This document shows positions 1-10,264 of a stretch of 64,000 nucleotides of DNA, piece by piece. The stretch covers positions 51,695-115,694 of the forward strand of contig CAWBRH010000015.1 in assembly GCA_963790945.1 (NCBI GenBank). The letters are read 5' to 3'. The notes beneath the pieces are model-generated. The model made no database searches. It had not been told where the DNA came from and worked only from the letters and a program-made list of their open reading frames with translations. This DNA is from an uncultured Acidobacteriota bacterium. Lineage in GTDB: Bacteria > Acidobacteriota > Terriglobia > Acidiferrales > UBA7541. A program made the position numbers and the translations under genes. Numbering within the stretch: the stretch's first letter is position 1; the number at the start of each line of letters is the position of its first letter.

Positions 1-1156
1 TCAGTCCGACTTCTACCGTTCGCGTAAATCGCTTTTCTTCTTCATCGAGAATTTTGGTGATTCGCGCAGCATGATCTGCGAGCTCAGGGTAGGCGTCCTT
101 CATCTCGTCGCGAACAGCGGCGGACATTGGCGACAGGAATGGTGACGGAGCATTCAGCATCTGCGCGTGGCGAAGCGCACGGCGGATGATTTTGCGGAGG
201 ACGTAGCCGCGGCCGTCGTTGGAGGGAACCACGCCGTCCGAGATCAGGAACGTGGCGGCGCGCGAGTGATCGGCGACGATGCGAAGCGACGGCTGAACCT
301 TTGGATCGCTCAGGTCCACTTTGGTCAAGACCGCCGCTTCTTTCATAAGCGGCACGAACAAATCGGTGTCGTAGTTCGAGATTTTTCCTTGCAGGACTGT
401 GGCGGTTCGCTCGAGACCCATGCCTGTATCGACTGACGGCTTTGGCAGGGGATTGAGCTTGCCGGAGGCGTCGCGATTGAACTGCATGAAGACCAGATTC
501 CAAATCTCCATGTAGCGGCCGCACTCGCAGCCGAATTGGCAATCGGCGTGGCCCTGATCGGAGGCTGCGGGGCCCATGTCGTAGAAAATCTCGCTGCACG
601 GGCCGCAGGGGCCGGTGTCGCCCATGGCCCAGAAATTTTCTTTCAAGCCGGGGACGGCGATGATGCGGTCTTTTGGCGCGCCGGCTTTTTCCCAGAAGGC
701 GGCTGCTTCGGTGTCAGTGGGCAGCGTGGTGCCGGAAACTTCCGCGCCGCCGAACACGGTGAAGTAGAGCTTTTCGAGCGGGATTGCGAACCAATCGGGC
801 GAGGTGATCAGCTCCATCGCGTAGGCGATGGCTTGCTCTTTGAAATAATCGCCGAAAGAAAAATTGCCGAGCATTTCGAAAAAGGTGTGGTGGCGATTGG
901 TGAAGCCGACATTTTCGAGGTCATTGTGCTTGCCGCCGGCGCGGACGCATTTCTGGCAGGTGGTGGCGCGATTGTAGTCGCGCTGCTCGATGCCGAGGAA
1001 GACGTCCTTGAACTGGTTCATTCCGGCGTTGGTGAAGAGGAGCGTGGGATCGTTGGTGGGGACGAGCGAAGAGCTGCGCACGATTTTGTGGCCGCGCTCT
1101 TCGAAGAAGCGCAGAAACATTTTGCGCGTTTCGTTGCCGGTGAGGAATTTGGTCAC
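1..1156 (-). CDS. alaS: alanine--tRNA ligase, N-terminal catalytic part; GTG start at 1156, C-terminal part lies beyond the window edge
   Basis: My own minus-strand translation from GTG 1156 gives [53 protein letters not shown]...[18 protein letters not shown]. The frame stays open down to base 1. It is missing from the ORF track because there is no stop in the window. Confidence 0.9.
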   Translation of the reverse strand, partial: MTKFLTGNETRKMFLRFFEERGHKIVRSSSLVPTNDPTLLFTNAGMNQFKDVFLGIEQRDYNRATTCQKCVRAGGKHNDLENVGFTNRHHTFFEMLGNFSFGDYFKEQAIAYAMELITSPDWFAIPLEKLYFTVFGGAEVSGTTLPTDTEAAAFWEKAGAPKDRIIAVPGLKENFWAMGDTGPCGPCSEIFYDMGPAASDQGHADCQFGCECGRYMEIWNLVFMQFNRDASGKLNPLPKPSVDTGMGLERTATVLQGKISNYDTDLFVPLMKEAAVLTKVDLSDPKVQPSLRIVADHSRAATFLISDGVVPSNDGRGYVLRKIIRRALRHAQMLNAPSPFLSPMSAAVRDEMKDAYPELADHAARITKILDEEEKRFTRTVEVGL

Positions 1157-1276
1157 ATGAGCCTCAGTTGGAGCCAGCCATTATCGCAAAGATTGGCCAC
1201 GGAGGCACGGAGACACGGAGATTCGGGCAGGGAGAAGCGAGGCGGCAGGGAAGCGCGGAAAATGCCACGTTTGTCT

Positions 1277-1500
1277 CGATTAGAAATTTGGAAGTGAGTG
1301 AAATGGAGCGGGTTATTCGCAGTTTTAATCGCGGTGTCTCGATTAGCCGCCCGATGGATGGCGGCCAGGGAATTTGCCAGCAGGAGGTTTGGGGCTCGAT
1401 GCTCTAGGAGAATCGCTAAATATTTGCGATTAGAAAAATGGAAGCGACTGAAAAAGCAGGGGTTATCTTGATTTCTAATTCCAGATTTGCGATTAGAAAT
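1277..1500. repeat. AT-rich dispersed repeat cluster (core CGATTAGAAA; palindrome ATTTCTAAT-N12-ATTAGAAAT at 1471-1500)
   Basis: Core copies lie at 1277-1287, 1340-1346, 1426-1437 and 1492-1500. The 30-nt element at 1471-1500 recurs at 22366-22395 in inverted orientation, 29/30 identical. Confidence 0.65.
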
Positions 1501-1677
1501 GGCGCTCGCCGGTGGCTGGTAGAGGAGTGGCGCTCTCCTGCCGGTCTCGGTCGCGTTGTCGTTCAAAACCACGACTCATGTTAACACAGTGGTAACGGCA
1601 TGGCAAGAGATTAAACGTCACATTTTCGGGGGCTGGAAAGATCTCTCCTTCGGCGCCGATCTTTTATACTTCCCGCC

Positions 1678-2172
1678 ATGAATCGACCAACAGGCATCTG
1701 GCTACGGGCAAGACATCGATGGTTCGCAATCCTGGCCGCGATTTTCGTCGTGCTGGGCGGCTGGCATTTCTATGTTTACGGGCAGAATAAATCGGATTTC
1801 CCTGAAGGCTATGACGCGATGCAGGCGGCGCCTACTACTCACAAGGTAATCTTCGAGAATGCCTTCGTCCGGGTGCTCGAAGTTACCGTGCCGGCGAAAG
1901 GAGGAATCGTGCCGATGCATCACCATCGCTGGCCGAGTTTCTTTCTAAGCTGGGATACTGGCGGAGCAACGCCGCACATTCGATATCACCGTCCGGACGG
2001 AAGCGTGCGGGACATCCCCAGCAAGGATTACCCAGTGCACCCGGGAACCTGGGAGGTGCGATGGAAGAATCCCGAGCCGATGCACGAAATTGAGGTTGTA
2101 GACAAGCCCAAGAGCGATATGCCCGCCAATTCGCCGACTGATCTTCGAATCGAAATCAAGTGCCACCCGTAA
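1678..2172 (+). CDS. hypothetical membrane-anchored protein, possibly cupin-like
   Basis: 164-aa ORF with an N-terminal TM helix (WFAILAAIFVVLGGWHFYVY). The C-terminal part is His-rich and beta-strand-like (VPMHHHRWPSFF). Confidence 0.7.
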   Translation: MNRPTGIWLRARHRWFAILAAIFVVLGGWHFYVYGQNKSDFPEGYDAMQAAPTTHKVIFENAFVRVLEVTVPAKGGIVPMHHHRWPSFFLSWDTGGATPHIRYHRPDGSVRDIPSKDYPVHPGTWEVRWKNPEPMHEIEVVDKPKSDMPANSPTDLRIEIKCHP

Positions 2173-2321
2173 TCGCTGGCCGGACGTTAGTTTGGCGTGG
2201 AGTGTTTGTTGAGGAGAGCGGCGCTTCATTGCTTCGGAATGTTGGTTCTCGTTTGTGTTTTAGCGCGGCGGGCAAAGGCCCCGGGCTAAAGCCCACCCAA
2301 ACACAAAGTGCGTTTTACGCT

Positions 2322-2515
2322 GGACTGAAGTCCAGCTCCCCCTGCTGAAGCAGGGGGCTCCCATCTTGACCCGCGCAGAAACTTCAGAAGCAAGAGAGAT
2401 CCCTCCGCTTCGGTCGGGATGACACATGCTAAAGCACGGTGCTCCCTCTGTGAAAGGCTTGCTGCGCGAAAAGCCCACGGCGCGAGAACCCACGACGAGG
2501 GAGGCGTCGTTGTGG
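2322..2515. repeat. cluster of GC-rich REP-like hairpins
   Basis: Hairpins: GGAC-TGAA-GTCC (2322-2333), CCCCCTGC-TGAA-GCAGGGGG (2338-2357), and CCACGACG..CGTCGTTGTGG (2489-2515). Element 2394-2425 is related to 40561-40595. No credible ORF. Confidence 0.55.
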
Positions 2516-2802
2516 CTACCCACGTCAAAAGAGCCGACGGGACGTCGGCGTTACGGAAGTGACGCTTCGCTTTTGATTGTCGCCACGGTCTGAGTTTGGT
2601 CGTGCGTGTCCGGAAGCCAAATCGCCTCCCTTTGTGACGGGTTTGGGTGCGTTCTTACGCAATGCATGGAGAAGGCGAGCAACCGGTGAATCGCGGAGTC
2701 TGGAGACCTGAAGAGATTCCGTGGCCTCCTGGCGCGTGGGCAGCACCAGGGCGGGGGACACCGGTTGCAGCGAAAACATGCGCGGCGGAAAAGGAGATGG
2801 AC

Positions 2803-3342
2803 ATGGCGGGATATGACGTTCAGCAGATGGGGGATGCGACGGAGATATCTACGACGCCGGAGGCGGTGCCGGCTCCGTGGTTGTTGGTGGCTATTCCGGG
2901 GACTTTGCTTGTGTTGATTGCGCTGTCGATGAGCTTCTTTGGGGGATTGATTGCGGCGGGGTTTGTGTATGGCGCGATGTACCTGCTGATGCATTCGAAG
3001 CAGGCTACGCAGTATCGGGCGCCGGCTCGATTTCGCGTTTCGAAGACGGGGATTGAGGTGAATGGCAACTCGATTCCGAAGGATGCGATTCATCGCGTGA
3101 TCATTCGCAACCACGTGCTGAAAGCGGCCGGGGATGTGATTGTGGTGGCTGATCCGAATGTGCATAGCGGGCAGCAGAACGTGGTGGCGGGGATGAATTG
3201 GGCCATCAGCAAGTTGGGGCCGATTTCGTATCGGGTGGATGCGGAGGCGCGGGGGGTGCCTACGACTTTGGCGGGCGGCTTAACGGAGCCGACGGCGTCG
3301 GCGATTATGATGGATGTGAATAAGGCGCTGCAGATTTCTTAA
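2803..3342 (+). CDS. hypothetical membrane protein
   Basis: AAGGAG at 2791-2796 precedes ATG 2797 and ATG 2803. Two TM helices (PWLLVAIPGTLLVLIALSMSFFGGLIAAGFVYGAMYLL) are followed by a soluble C-terminal domain. Confidence 0.6.
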   Translation: MAGYDVQQMGDATEISTTPEAVPAPWLLVAIPGTLLVLIALSMSFFGGLIAAGFVYGAMYLLMHSKQATQYRAPARFRVSKTGIEVNGNSIPKDAIHRVIIRNHVLKAAGDVIVVADPNVHSGQQNVVAGMNWAISKLGPISYRVDAEARGVPTTLAGGLTEPTASAIMMDVNKALQIS

Positions 3343-3396
3343 GCAGTGCGATTGCTACCGGCTGGGAGTGGTTGCGTGCGAGGTGTTAAGAAAGAC

Positions 3397-3418
3397 GCAC
3401 AGGCAGGAGTGCCTGTGC
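3397..3418. repeat. REP-like hairpin GCACAGGCA-N5-GCCTGTGC
   Basis: Perfect 9-bp (GCACAGGCA) / 8-bp (GCCTGTGC) arms. The same stem recurs at 21955-21976 with a different loop. It lies between convergent genes. Confidence 0.6.
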
Positions 3419-3509
3419 CACTGGTGCGAATGCCACGGCAGAGAGAGTTTTTGGGCGAGGTGTGAAAAACGGCACAGGCCCTTCGTGTCCCAGGGAACAA
3501 AAGGCCTGG

Positions 3510-4094
3510 CTACTGTTTGAAGACTAGGGGAGGGCCTTTTACTTCTTTGGCTTCGAGGGCGATGGTGACTTCGACGTGGTCGGCGATTTTGATGAAGGGG
3601 ATGCCGCTGTTCATGCCGTAGTCTTTGCGATCGAAGACCATTTTGCCGTCGATGTGTTCGAAACCTGTGGCGTCAGTGGGAAGCGTCATGGTGAGTTTCT
3701 CGGGATTGGAGACGCCGCGAATGGTGAAGTCGCCGTCCACTTCGAAGGAATTGGGAGCGGTTTGCACGACTTTGGTGGAGTGGAAGGTGATCGTCGGATA
3801 GTTTTTTACGTCGAAGAATTTCTCGCCCTTCAGTTTGCCGTTTTTCATGCCGCTGCCGGTGTCGACGGAGTCCGCTTCGATGTTGAGATCGAGGACGGCT
3901 GTGGTCGGGTCGGTGGATGCGAACGTCAGTTTACCTTCCCATTTATCAAACTTGCCGGCGAGGGCCACCGAAGCCTTCACGTAGAATTTCACGGTGCTTT
4001 CTTTGTGGTCGAGTTCGACGATTGGAACGTCTGGCGCCGGCGTGGCCACAGGGAACAAAGTGAAAACCAAGGAGCAGAGAAGGGCGATTCGCAT
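3510..4094 (-). CDS. YceI family periplasmic protein
   Basis: Signal peptide MRIALLCSLVFTLFPVATPA, then YceI-like sequence: STVKFYVKAS...GKFDKWEGKLTF...DSVDTG...FFDVKNYPTITFHS. Confidence 0.85.
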   Translation of the reverse strand: MRIALLCSLVFTLFPVATPAPDVPIVELDHKESTVKFYVKASVALAGKFDKWEGKLTFASTDPTTAVLDLNIEADSVDTGSGMKNGKLKGEKFFDVKNYPTITFHSTKVVQTAPNSFEVDGDFTIRGVSNPEKLTMTLPTDATGFEHIDGKMVFDRKDYGMNSGIPFIKIADHVEVTIALEAKEVKGPPLVFKQ

Positions 4095-4287
4095 GGCGGG
4101 CAGTTTGATATTTTCGGGAGGCGTTGTCAATCGCATCGGCGACGGACCACGATCGGGTCAGTGGAGAGGATGAAAGGCACTGGCACAAATCGAGATGCGC
4201 GCAGATTCCTCCCGGGAGTGCTAAGACGCTTTCATTTGACTGGAATCGGAACGGAGTATAATCCCGGATTATGAAAACCCGACACCT

Positions 4288-5301
4288 TTGCGTTTCGTTG
4301 CTGTTTTTGGGGCGGTTATGGCCGCTCTCGCGATCGCTCACACCTTGCCGGCGAGTGCGCCGGTTCACGAGAGGACGTTTGACATCACGTATACGGCGGA
4401 AGTGCACGACATTCCGGCGGGAGCCAAGGATGTGCAGATCTGGCTGCCGTATCCGCAGAGTGACGAGTACCAGAAGATTTTGAAAGCGAACGTGACGGCG
4501 CCGTATCCGACGAAAATCGTGAAGGGGGCGGAGTACGGGAATCAGATTGTGCATATCGAGGTGAAGGATCTAAAGGCGACGTCGATTCCGGTGACGATGA
4601 CTTTTACGGCGCGACGCAGCGAACACTTGCACAACGATTTCACACAGGTATCCGCGACTAAGAGCGCGCCGACGGCAGATATGAAAAGGTGGCTTGAGCC
4701 GGACAAACTGGTGCCGCTTGACCAGCGGATTCGCGAACTTTCGGCGGAAGTAACGCAGGGCAAGACGACTGACCTTGAGAAGGCGCGCGCGATTTACGAT
4801 TACGTGCTGGCGAACATGAAGTACGACAAGAGCGGAACGGGCTGGGGGAATGGCGATATTTATTGGGCGTGCGATGCGAAACGCGGGAACTGCACCGATT
4901 TTCACGCGCTTTTTATCGGGCTGGCGCGATCGGCGGGAATTCCAGCGAAATTCGAGATTGGTTTGCCGGTGCCGGCGGATAAGTCGAGCGGGGAGATCGG
5001 CGGTTATCACTGCTGGGCGGAATTTTATTTGAGCGGGTATGGGTGGGTGCCGGTGGACGCGTCAGAGGCGTGGAAGGATCCTGCGAAGCGCGATTATTTT
5101 TTTGGGGCGCATGACGCGAATCGGGTGCAGTTCAGCGTGGGGCGCGACATCACGTTGACGCCTGCGCAGGCGGGCCCGGCGCTGAATTATTTTATTTATC
5201 CGTATGTGGAGGTGGACGGGAAGCCGTTCACGCAGGTGACGAAGAAATTCAGCTTCAGTGATGTGAATCCTACGCAGGTTGCCGCGAGTGGCATGAAATA
5301 G
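4288..5301 (+). CDS. transglutaminase-like domain protein, secreted
   Basis: Signal peptide, then a transglutaminase core: RGNCTDFHALFIGLARSAGIPAKF...GYHCWAEFYLSGYGWVPVDASE (Cys-His-Asp type). Confidence 0.85.
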   Translation: MRFVAVFGAVMAALAIAHTLPASAPVHERTFDITYTAEVHDIPAGAKDVQIWLPYPQSDEYQKILKANVTAPYPTKIVKGAEYGNQIVHIEVKDLKATSIPVTMTFTARRSEHLHNDFTQVSATKSAPTADMKRWLEPDKLVPLDQRIRELSAEVTQGKTTDLEKARAIYDYVLANMKYDKSGTGWGNGDIYWACDAKRGNCTDFHALFIGLARSAGIPAKFEIGLPVPADKSSGEIGGYHCWAEFYLSGYGWVPVDASEAWKDPAKRDYFFGAHDANRVQFSVGRDITLTPAQAGPALNYFIYPYVEVDGKPFTQVTKKFSFSDVNPTQVAASGMK

Positions 5302-5480
5302 AGGCGCGTCATTTGTTTTTTTGTGTGACGATGATGTGGCGCCCCGGAACGGCTCAACCGATAACATCAATAGCAATTTTCGATGCGTTTTGACGCGCCA
5401 ATGCATCTAAATTGGTACCAGACAACAAAACCAGGCGAAAACTGCGCACGCCGCGGGTGCGGGTGTATGGAGAAGGAGAA

Positions 5481-6311
5481 ATGGGAGCAACGACAAAGCG
5501 GTACTTGTTTGCCAGCGATTTCGATCAAACGCTGACTTTCAACGACTCAGGATACGTGCTGAGCGAACTTGTGGGAATTCCTCCGGCGGAATTTGAACGC
5601 AAATCGAAGGGCATGGCGGAACTGAATCTGGTGCAGCAGGGCGCGGAATTGGCTTATCTGCTGCTGCACGATCCGGAGTTTCATTCGAAGGTGCGGCGGG
5701 AACATTTGCATCAGGTGGGGAAGCAGATCCGGTTGAAAGAGAATATCGAACTGCTGTATCAGATTCTGGACCACGGGATTCCGGGGTATCACTTCGACTT
5801 TTATGTGTTGTCGGCTGCGCCGGTGGAGGTGATCCAGTCGGCGCTGAAGGGAATCGTGCCGGCGGACCATATTTTCGGGACGGAGTTTCGATATCACGCT
5901 TCGGGTGAAATCGACACCATTACGCGCGCGACGGCGGGATATGGCAAGGTGGCGGCGCTGGACCGGCTGCAAGCGAGTTTGCAGATTGGGCCGGATCACA
6001 TCGTGTACGTGGGCGACGGAAGTTCGGACGTGCACGTGATGTTGCACGTGAATGTGCGCGATGGATTCACGATTGCGGTGTCAGACACGCGGCACGTGTC
6101 GCAGACCGCGTCGCGAACTGTGCTGGGAACGAATGCGCTGGCGACGCTTGTGCCGATTCTGGAGAAAATTGTGGGATGGCAGCGGCCGCAGCTGCGGGAT
6201 TTTTTTGAGTCGTATGGATTCTTGATTCAGGAATGGGACCGGACGCGGACAGATTGGCTTACGCTGCGAATGGCGGAGTCGTGGAATCCGGAAGCGGCGC
6301 CGGCGGAATAG
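5481..6311 (+). CDS. HAD-superfamily hydrolase (phosphoserine-phosphatase-like subfamily)
   Basis: GGAGAAGGAG lies upstream of ATG 5481. Motif I is [10 protein letters not shown] and motif IV is [12 protein letters not shown]. Confidence 0.8.
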   Translation: MGATTKRYLFASDFDQTLTFNDSGYVLSELVGIPPAEFERKSKGMAELNLVQQGAELAYLLLHDPEFHSKVRREHLHQVGKQIRLKENIELLYQILDHGIPGYHFDFYVLSAAPVEVIQSALKGIVPADHIFGTEFRYHASGEIDTITRATAGYGKVAALDRLQASLQIGPDHIVYVGDGSSDVHVMLHVNVRDGFTIAVSDTRHVSQTASRTVLGTNALATLVPILEKIVGWQRPQLRDFFESYGFLIQEWDRTRTDWLTLRMAESWNPEAAPAE

Positions 6312-6335
6312 CCCGCACATTCGTCGCGGAAAAAA

Positions 6336-7627
6336 TCATAACTTCAATTTGAGAATGCGGATGTCGCTTAATTCGTTGGGCGGCGGCATTCCGTCGTGTT
6401 CTTTCATTTTGTCGATTTGCGTGTTGCCCATGAAATAGAGCGAATCGCCGACGATTGTGCCGGTGGTGGGGAGCTCGGTCAACGGGCTGTAGGTTTCGAG
6501 GACTTCGGCGCTTGTAATCGCGTCCCATTGCGGATTGAGGACGTAGCGGACGACTCGCGAGGGATGCAGGTCGGGATTTTGGATGCCGACGAGCGCTCCT
6601 TTGTAGAAGTAGAGGCCATCGAGGCCGGCGTCGGAGATGTTGAGCGGCTTCGAAAGTAGTTTGAATTGCTTCGTGGCGACGTCAACGCGCGCGACGCCGA
6701 TCCAACCTGCGACGAACAAGACTTTGTCGTCAGGCGAGAGGGCGATGCCGTTGGCTTGGCCGACGGAGTCGCGCGGAAGGAACAGCTCGAGGCCGTCGCG
6801 ATCGGGCGAGGCGCGGAAAACTTCGCCAGTGGACGTGTTCGTCGTGAATGCCTCGCCTTTTGAATTCAAGGCCACGTCGTTCAGAAAACCTTCGGCTCCA
6901 TTTGCGGCTGCGTGCTTGAAGCGGAGTGCGCCCGTGTTCAAATCGTATTGGTAGAGCGCAAAGCGGCTGCCCTTGGGATCCCCGGCGAACGAATCGCTCG
7001 TGACCCAGAGGTAGCGGCGTTTTGCGTCGACCTTCATTCCGAGTGTCTCGCCGAGGCCATCCTGGCCGGACGATTTGAAATCCGTGGCAGAGCCGTCTGG
7101 CGCGAGGCGCACGATTTTGTGTTTGCTGATGCTGCTGACGTAGAAAGATTTGTCGACGGGATCGTAGGCGATGCCTTCGGGGGCGAGATCGCGTTCGCGA
7201 AGCGTGTACGCAACTGTGGTGTGCACGACTGGCGGATTTTCTTTTCGAATTTGCTCGACGATGAGCGACGAAGCGAGGGTCCTTCGCAATATCTTTGAAC
7301 GAGCGGGCCGCGCCGCCTGACGGGGTCGAGGCCGGAGTGGGCTTGAGACATTTTTTTGAGGAGGCTTAGTGCTTTTGCGTTTTCGCCGATGGTGGCTTCG
7401 TCAATGGCGAGATTGAAGAGGGCGCCGGGATCGTCGGGATGATTGGTGAGAAATGCTTCAAGGATGGTGATTTCGTGCACGATGGCCGGAGGGATTTCCT
7501 TCTTTTGTGGTGGCTGTGCGGTTGTTGCGTTTTGGCCGCGGGCCGCGGAGGAATACGCAACTGCTGCGGCGAATGCCAGGATGAGAATGCGTTGTATGGA
7601 GCGCGGGAATAGGTGTTGGAATTTCAT
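6336..7627 (-). pseudogene. secreted TPR + SMP-30/gluconolactonase/LRE-like beta-propeller protein; frame disrupted near 7270-7320
   Basis: The signal peptide and TPR-like N-terminus are in the frame of ORF 7034..7699. The propeller is in the frame of ORF 6336..7289. A sensible linker (GGAARSFKDIAKDPRFVA) reads only in the third frame. Confidence 0.7.
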
Positions 7628-7731
7628 TGGCGCACTGAACCATATTGACGCGGCTTGAGTGCGGGCGGTTAGCGGCATTTGTGCCGGGAGCGAAAGCAAA
7701 ACCGCCCGCCTGAAGTCGGCCGCTACAAAGG

Positions 7732-8475
7732 CTACTTGATTGCGACGGCCAGGGTGTCGTGGTGGAGAGCAATCAGGGTGCGGAGGTACGGGCCGATTTG
7801 GGCGGTGGATTCGAAGCCGGCGGCTTTTGCGGCGGCATCGGCATCGGCTGGAGGGACATCGGCGGCTTGTGCGTAGTGCTTTAAATTCTCAAAGCACCCT
7901 ATCGTGAGCAAATCCCAGGCGGCGCCCTGATCGCGAAGAAAAATGAAATTCTCGGGAGCTTTCACGGCGCGGGAAAAGGCATTTTCCATTTCGCGCTGTT
8001 TCTTCAGTTCGGCTTGCTTGCCGGGGAGCGATTCAAACATTTCGACGTGGAAAAAGCCGGCGCCCGCAAATCCCTTCCGCAGATCTTCGAGTGGTGGGCC
8101 GTAGACGAAGAAGTCTTCCTGCCAGGCAGTATCGTTTTTCAGACGATCGCGCCAAGGATCGAGCACGGTGTCGCGCTTTATCGTTCGATCTGGTTTGTAA
8201 TATTCGCCGTAGCTCCCCATCGGATACAGGATCAGCAAGTCCCAACGGTCGCCCTGACTGTGGCGCATCCAGAGCGGCGTAGCGTCTCCCGCTACTTTTG
8301 TTTCTTCGGCGAATATTTTCTTGTAGGTATCGATGAGGTCGAGAAGTTTGCCGGGAGCAGCCTGCACAAGGGAAGTCTTATAGAGATAGGCCGGTTGCGA
8401 TGGCTCCTGTGCGGAGGCCATGTGGAACGGGGCCACGAAGACGAGAGCTATGAGGGCGAGCGCCGATCGAAGCAT
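7732..8475 (-). CDS. hypothetical secreted protein
   Basis: 247-aa ORF with signal peptide MLRSALALIALVFVAPFHMASAQ and non-repetitive, globular-looking sequence. Confidence 0.7.
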   Translation of the reverse strand: MLRSALALIALVFVAPFHMASAQEPSQPAYLYKTSLVQAAPGKLLDLIDTYKKIFAEETKVAGDATPLWMRHSQGDRWDLLILYPMGSYGEYYKPDRTIKRDTVLDPWRDRLKNDTAWQEDFFVYGPPLEDLRKGFAGAGFFHVEMFESLPGKQAELKKQREMENAFSRAVKAPENFIFLRDQGAAWDLLTIGCFENLKHYAQAADVPPADADAAAKAAGFESTAQIGPYLRTLIALHHDTLAVAIK

Positions 8476-8487
8476 TCAGATTCCGCC

Positions 8488-9000
8488 TTAGAAGTATCGG
8501 TCGCGAAGAATGGCGAGATGATGCGTGACGTGGCCAGCAATGATGAAAGCGAGAGCGAGCACGGTGAAGGGTTTGCCGTCCGCGATGCCGTGACGCGACC
8601 ACGCGGCTGGCGGCAGATTCTTGAACAGGCAAATCGTGGACAGTCGAACGAGGCGGAACTCCTCGACGTGATCGAGCCACGGGATTCGATCGGCCTCGGC
8701 ACCCTTCGCGCCGACGTTCTGGTCGAAGCCGGGAAGAGGTGGCTCGAATCCTCGCGCAAACCAGAGTGCGCGAAACGCAAAGGCGCGTTCGGTATCCGTG
8801 ACGTGATTGAGAACCTCGCGAATGCTCCATTTATCGGGGGCGTAGCGATGAAGCGATGATTTCTCCGTGATGCCGGCGAAGAATTTGAGCGCCTCGGGCA
8901 GCTGTTCTTCCATCACGGGAAGGGGATTGTCCCCGGCTACCTTATCGATGTAGGTGAAATAATAGGGTGCGGCTTCAGAATTTTCCGGGCGGCCTAACAT
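8488..9000 (-). CDS. DinB family protein
   Basis: DinB-type four-helix pattern with conserved His residues: WSIREVLNHVTDTERAF ... AGHVTHHLAIL. Confidence 0.85.
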   Translation of the reverse strand: MLGRPENSEAAPYYFTYIDKVAGDNPLPVMEEQLPEALKFFAGITEKSSLHRYAPDKWSIREVLNHVTDTERAFAFRALWFARGFEPPLPGFDQNVGAKGAEADRIPWLDHVEEFRLVRLSTICLFKNLPPAAWSRHGIADGKPFTVLALAFIIAGHVTHHLAILRDRYF

Positions 9001-9051
9001 AGGGCAAATGTATCACAAGTACATCCGGTGTGAAGAAATCGGAAGCGTAAG

Positions 9052-9582
9052 TCAGGCGTCGTCTTCGTCGGCCGGGGTGGAGAACTCTGGGAGATCTCCG
9101 TGCGTAACGCCTCGCAGTTCTTTGCGAATGATGTCCGAGGAGAAGCCGGCGCGGAGGAGCATGCGATAGAGGGAAGCGATCTTTTTTTCGTCGAGGGCGC
9201 CGCGGAGATGTGAAAGGCGACGCTTGAGGCGGTCGCGGACAAGCGCGGATTCGTCGGCATCAGCGAAGACGGCGGCGAGCGCTGCGTCGATGTGCTCATC
9301 GGGAACGCCACGACCTCGAAGCTCGCGTGCGATGCGGAAACGGCCCTGGCGACGGGCTTGCGAATGGTGACGAGCGTATTCGAGAGCGTAGCGAGCATCG
9401 TTGAGGTAGTTCAGTTCCCGCAGGCGGGCGATGACGGGCGGGATCAGGTCTTCTTTCTCGGCGCGACGCTTGAGATATTGCTTCATTTCGTGAATCGAGA
9501 AGGCGCGGCGCATCAGGGCGCGCTGCGCGGACATGTTGAGCTGGTACTCAGTGCCGAGCTTGCGGGCGCTCTTCATCTGCAT
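9052..9582 (-). CDS. recX: recombination regulator RecX
   Basis: RecX-like three-repeat helical sequence: ALMRRAFSIHEMKQYLKRR...YLNDARYALEYARHH...RIARELRGRGVPDEHIDAAL. Confidence 0.85.
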   Translation of the reverse strand: MQMKSARKLGTEYQLNMSAQRALMRRAFSIHEMKQYLKRRAEKEDLIPPVIARLRELNYLNDARYALEYARHHSQARRQGRFRIARELRGRGVPDEHIDAALAAVFADADESALVRDRLKRRLSHLRGALDEKKIASLYRMLLRAGFSSDIIRKELRGVTHGDLPEFSTPADEDDA

Positions 9583-9718
9583 GGATGTTAGTCGCTAGGA
9601 TAGCAAATATGGAGAGTGCCGTACCGGTCCGAGAAGTGTCTTGCCGGCGCACACAGTTGCGCAGGACACAAGATCGGGTGGCGATCGTGGCGCCATCGTC
9701 AATGTCGCAGCGAAAAAT

Positions 9719-9793
9719 TGGCTCCGGGGCTTGGACTCGAACCAAGATAACCAGCTCCAAAGGCTGGCGTGCTACCAATTGCACTACCCCGGA
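9719..9793 (-). tRNA. tRNA-Gln (anticodon UUG)
   Basis: I folded the cloverleaf by hand. Acceptor TCCGGGG/CCCCGGA; anticodon stem CCAGC/GCTGG with loop CTTTGGA; T arm CTTGG-TTCGAGT-CCAAG; encoded CCA. Confidence 0.9.
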
Positions 9794-9969
9794 AATGCCA
9801 AAACATTTTACTTCACTATCGCGAAGCGCCGGCAGAAAAGTTCGCTGCGCGAAGGAAGAATGATTGGCTTGAACGAGTGCGCTCGATACTTTAAGACTGC
9901 CAGCGTTTGCTGCGTTGTCGTGATTTTGTTAGTCTTCTGAAGCCCCGTCCATCTGAGGCGTTTCAATAC

Positions 9970-10059
<90 letters not shown>

Positions 10060-10264
10060 TCTAGCCCGGGTCATGCCTCGCCGTTCCGTCTAACTCAAAG
10101 AAAATTTCCGCGATCTCGACGATGCTGGCCTTTTGGCGCCCGGCCACGACGCAGGCGACAACCTGGCGAAAGTGGGCTAGAGCGGATAACCGTGCCGAGT
10201 ACGATTTCGCCTGTATTGCCTAACCTGGAGGCTTCACCTAAGATGCTGTTACAGCAATAAGGCG

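Noticed and set aside
536-1297. 253-aa plus-strand ORF (and the 171-aa minus ORF 84..599)
   Set aside because: Both overlap the clearly readable alaS frame and have Gly/Ala/Arg-rich shadow-ORF composition.
1277-1500. Possible CRISPR array (also considered for 22366-22609)
   Set aside because: The repeats are only 10-30 nt, appear in both orientations, have irregular spacing (roughly 45-90 nt) and partly palindromic pairs. No cas genes are present.
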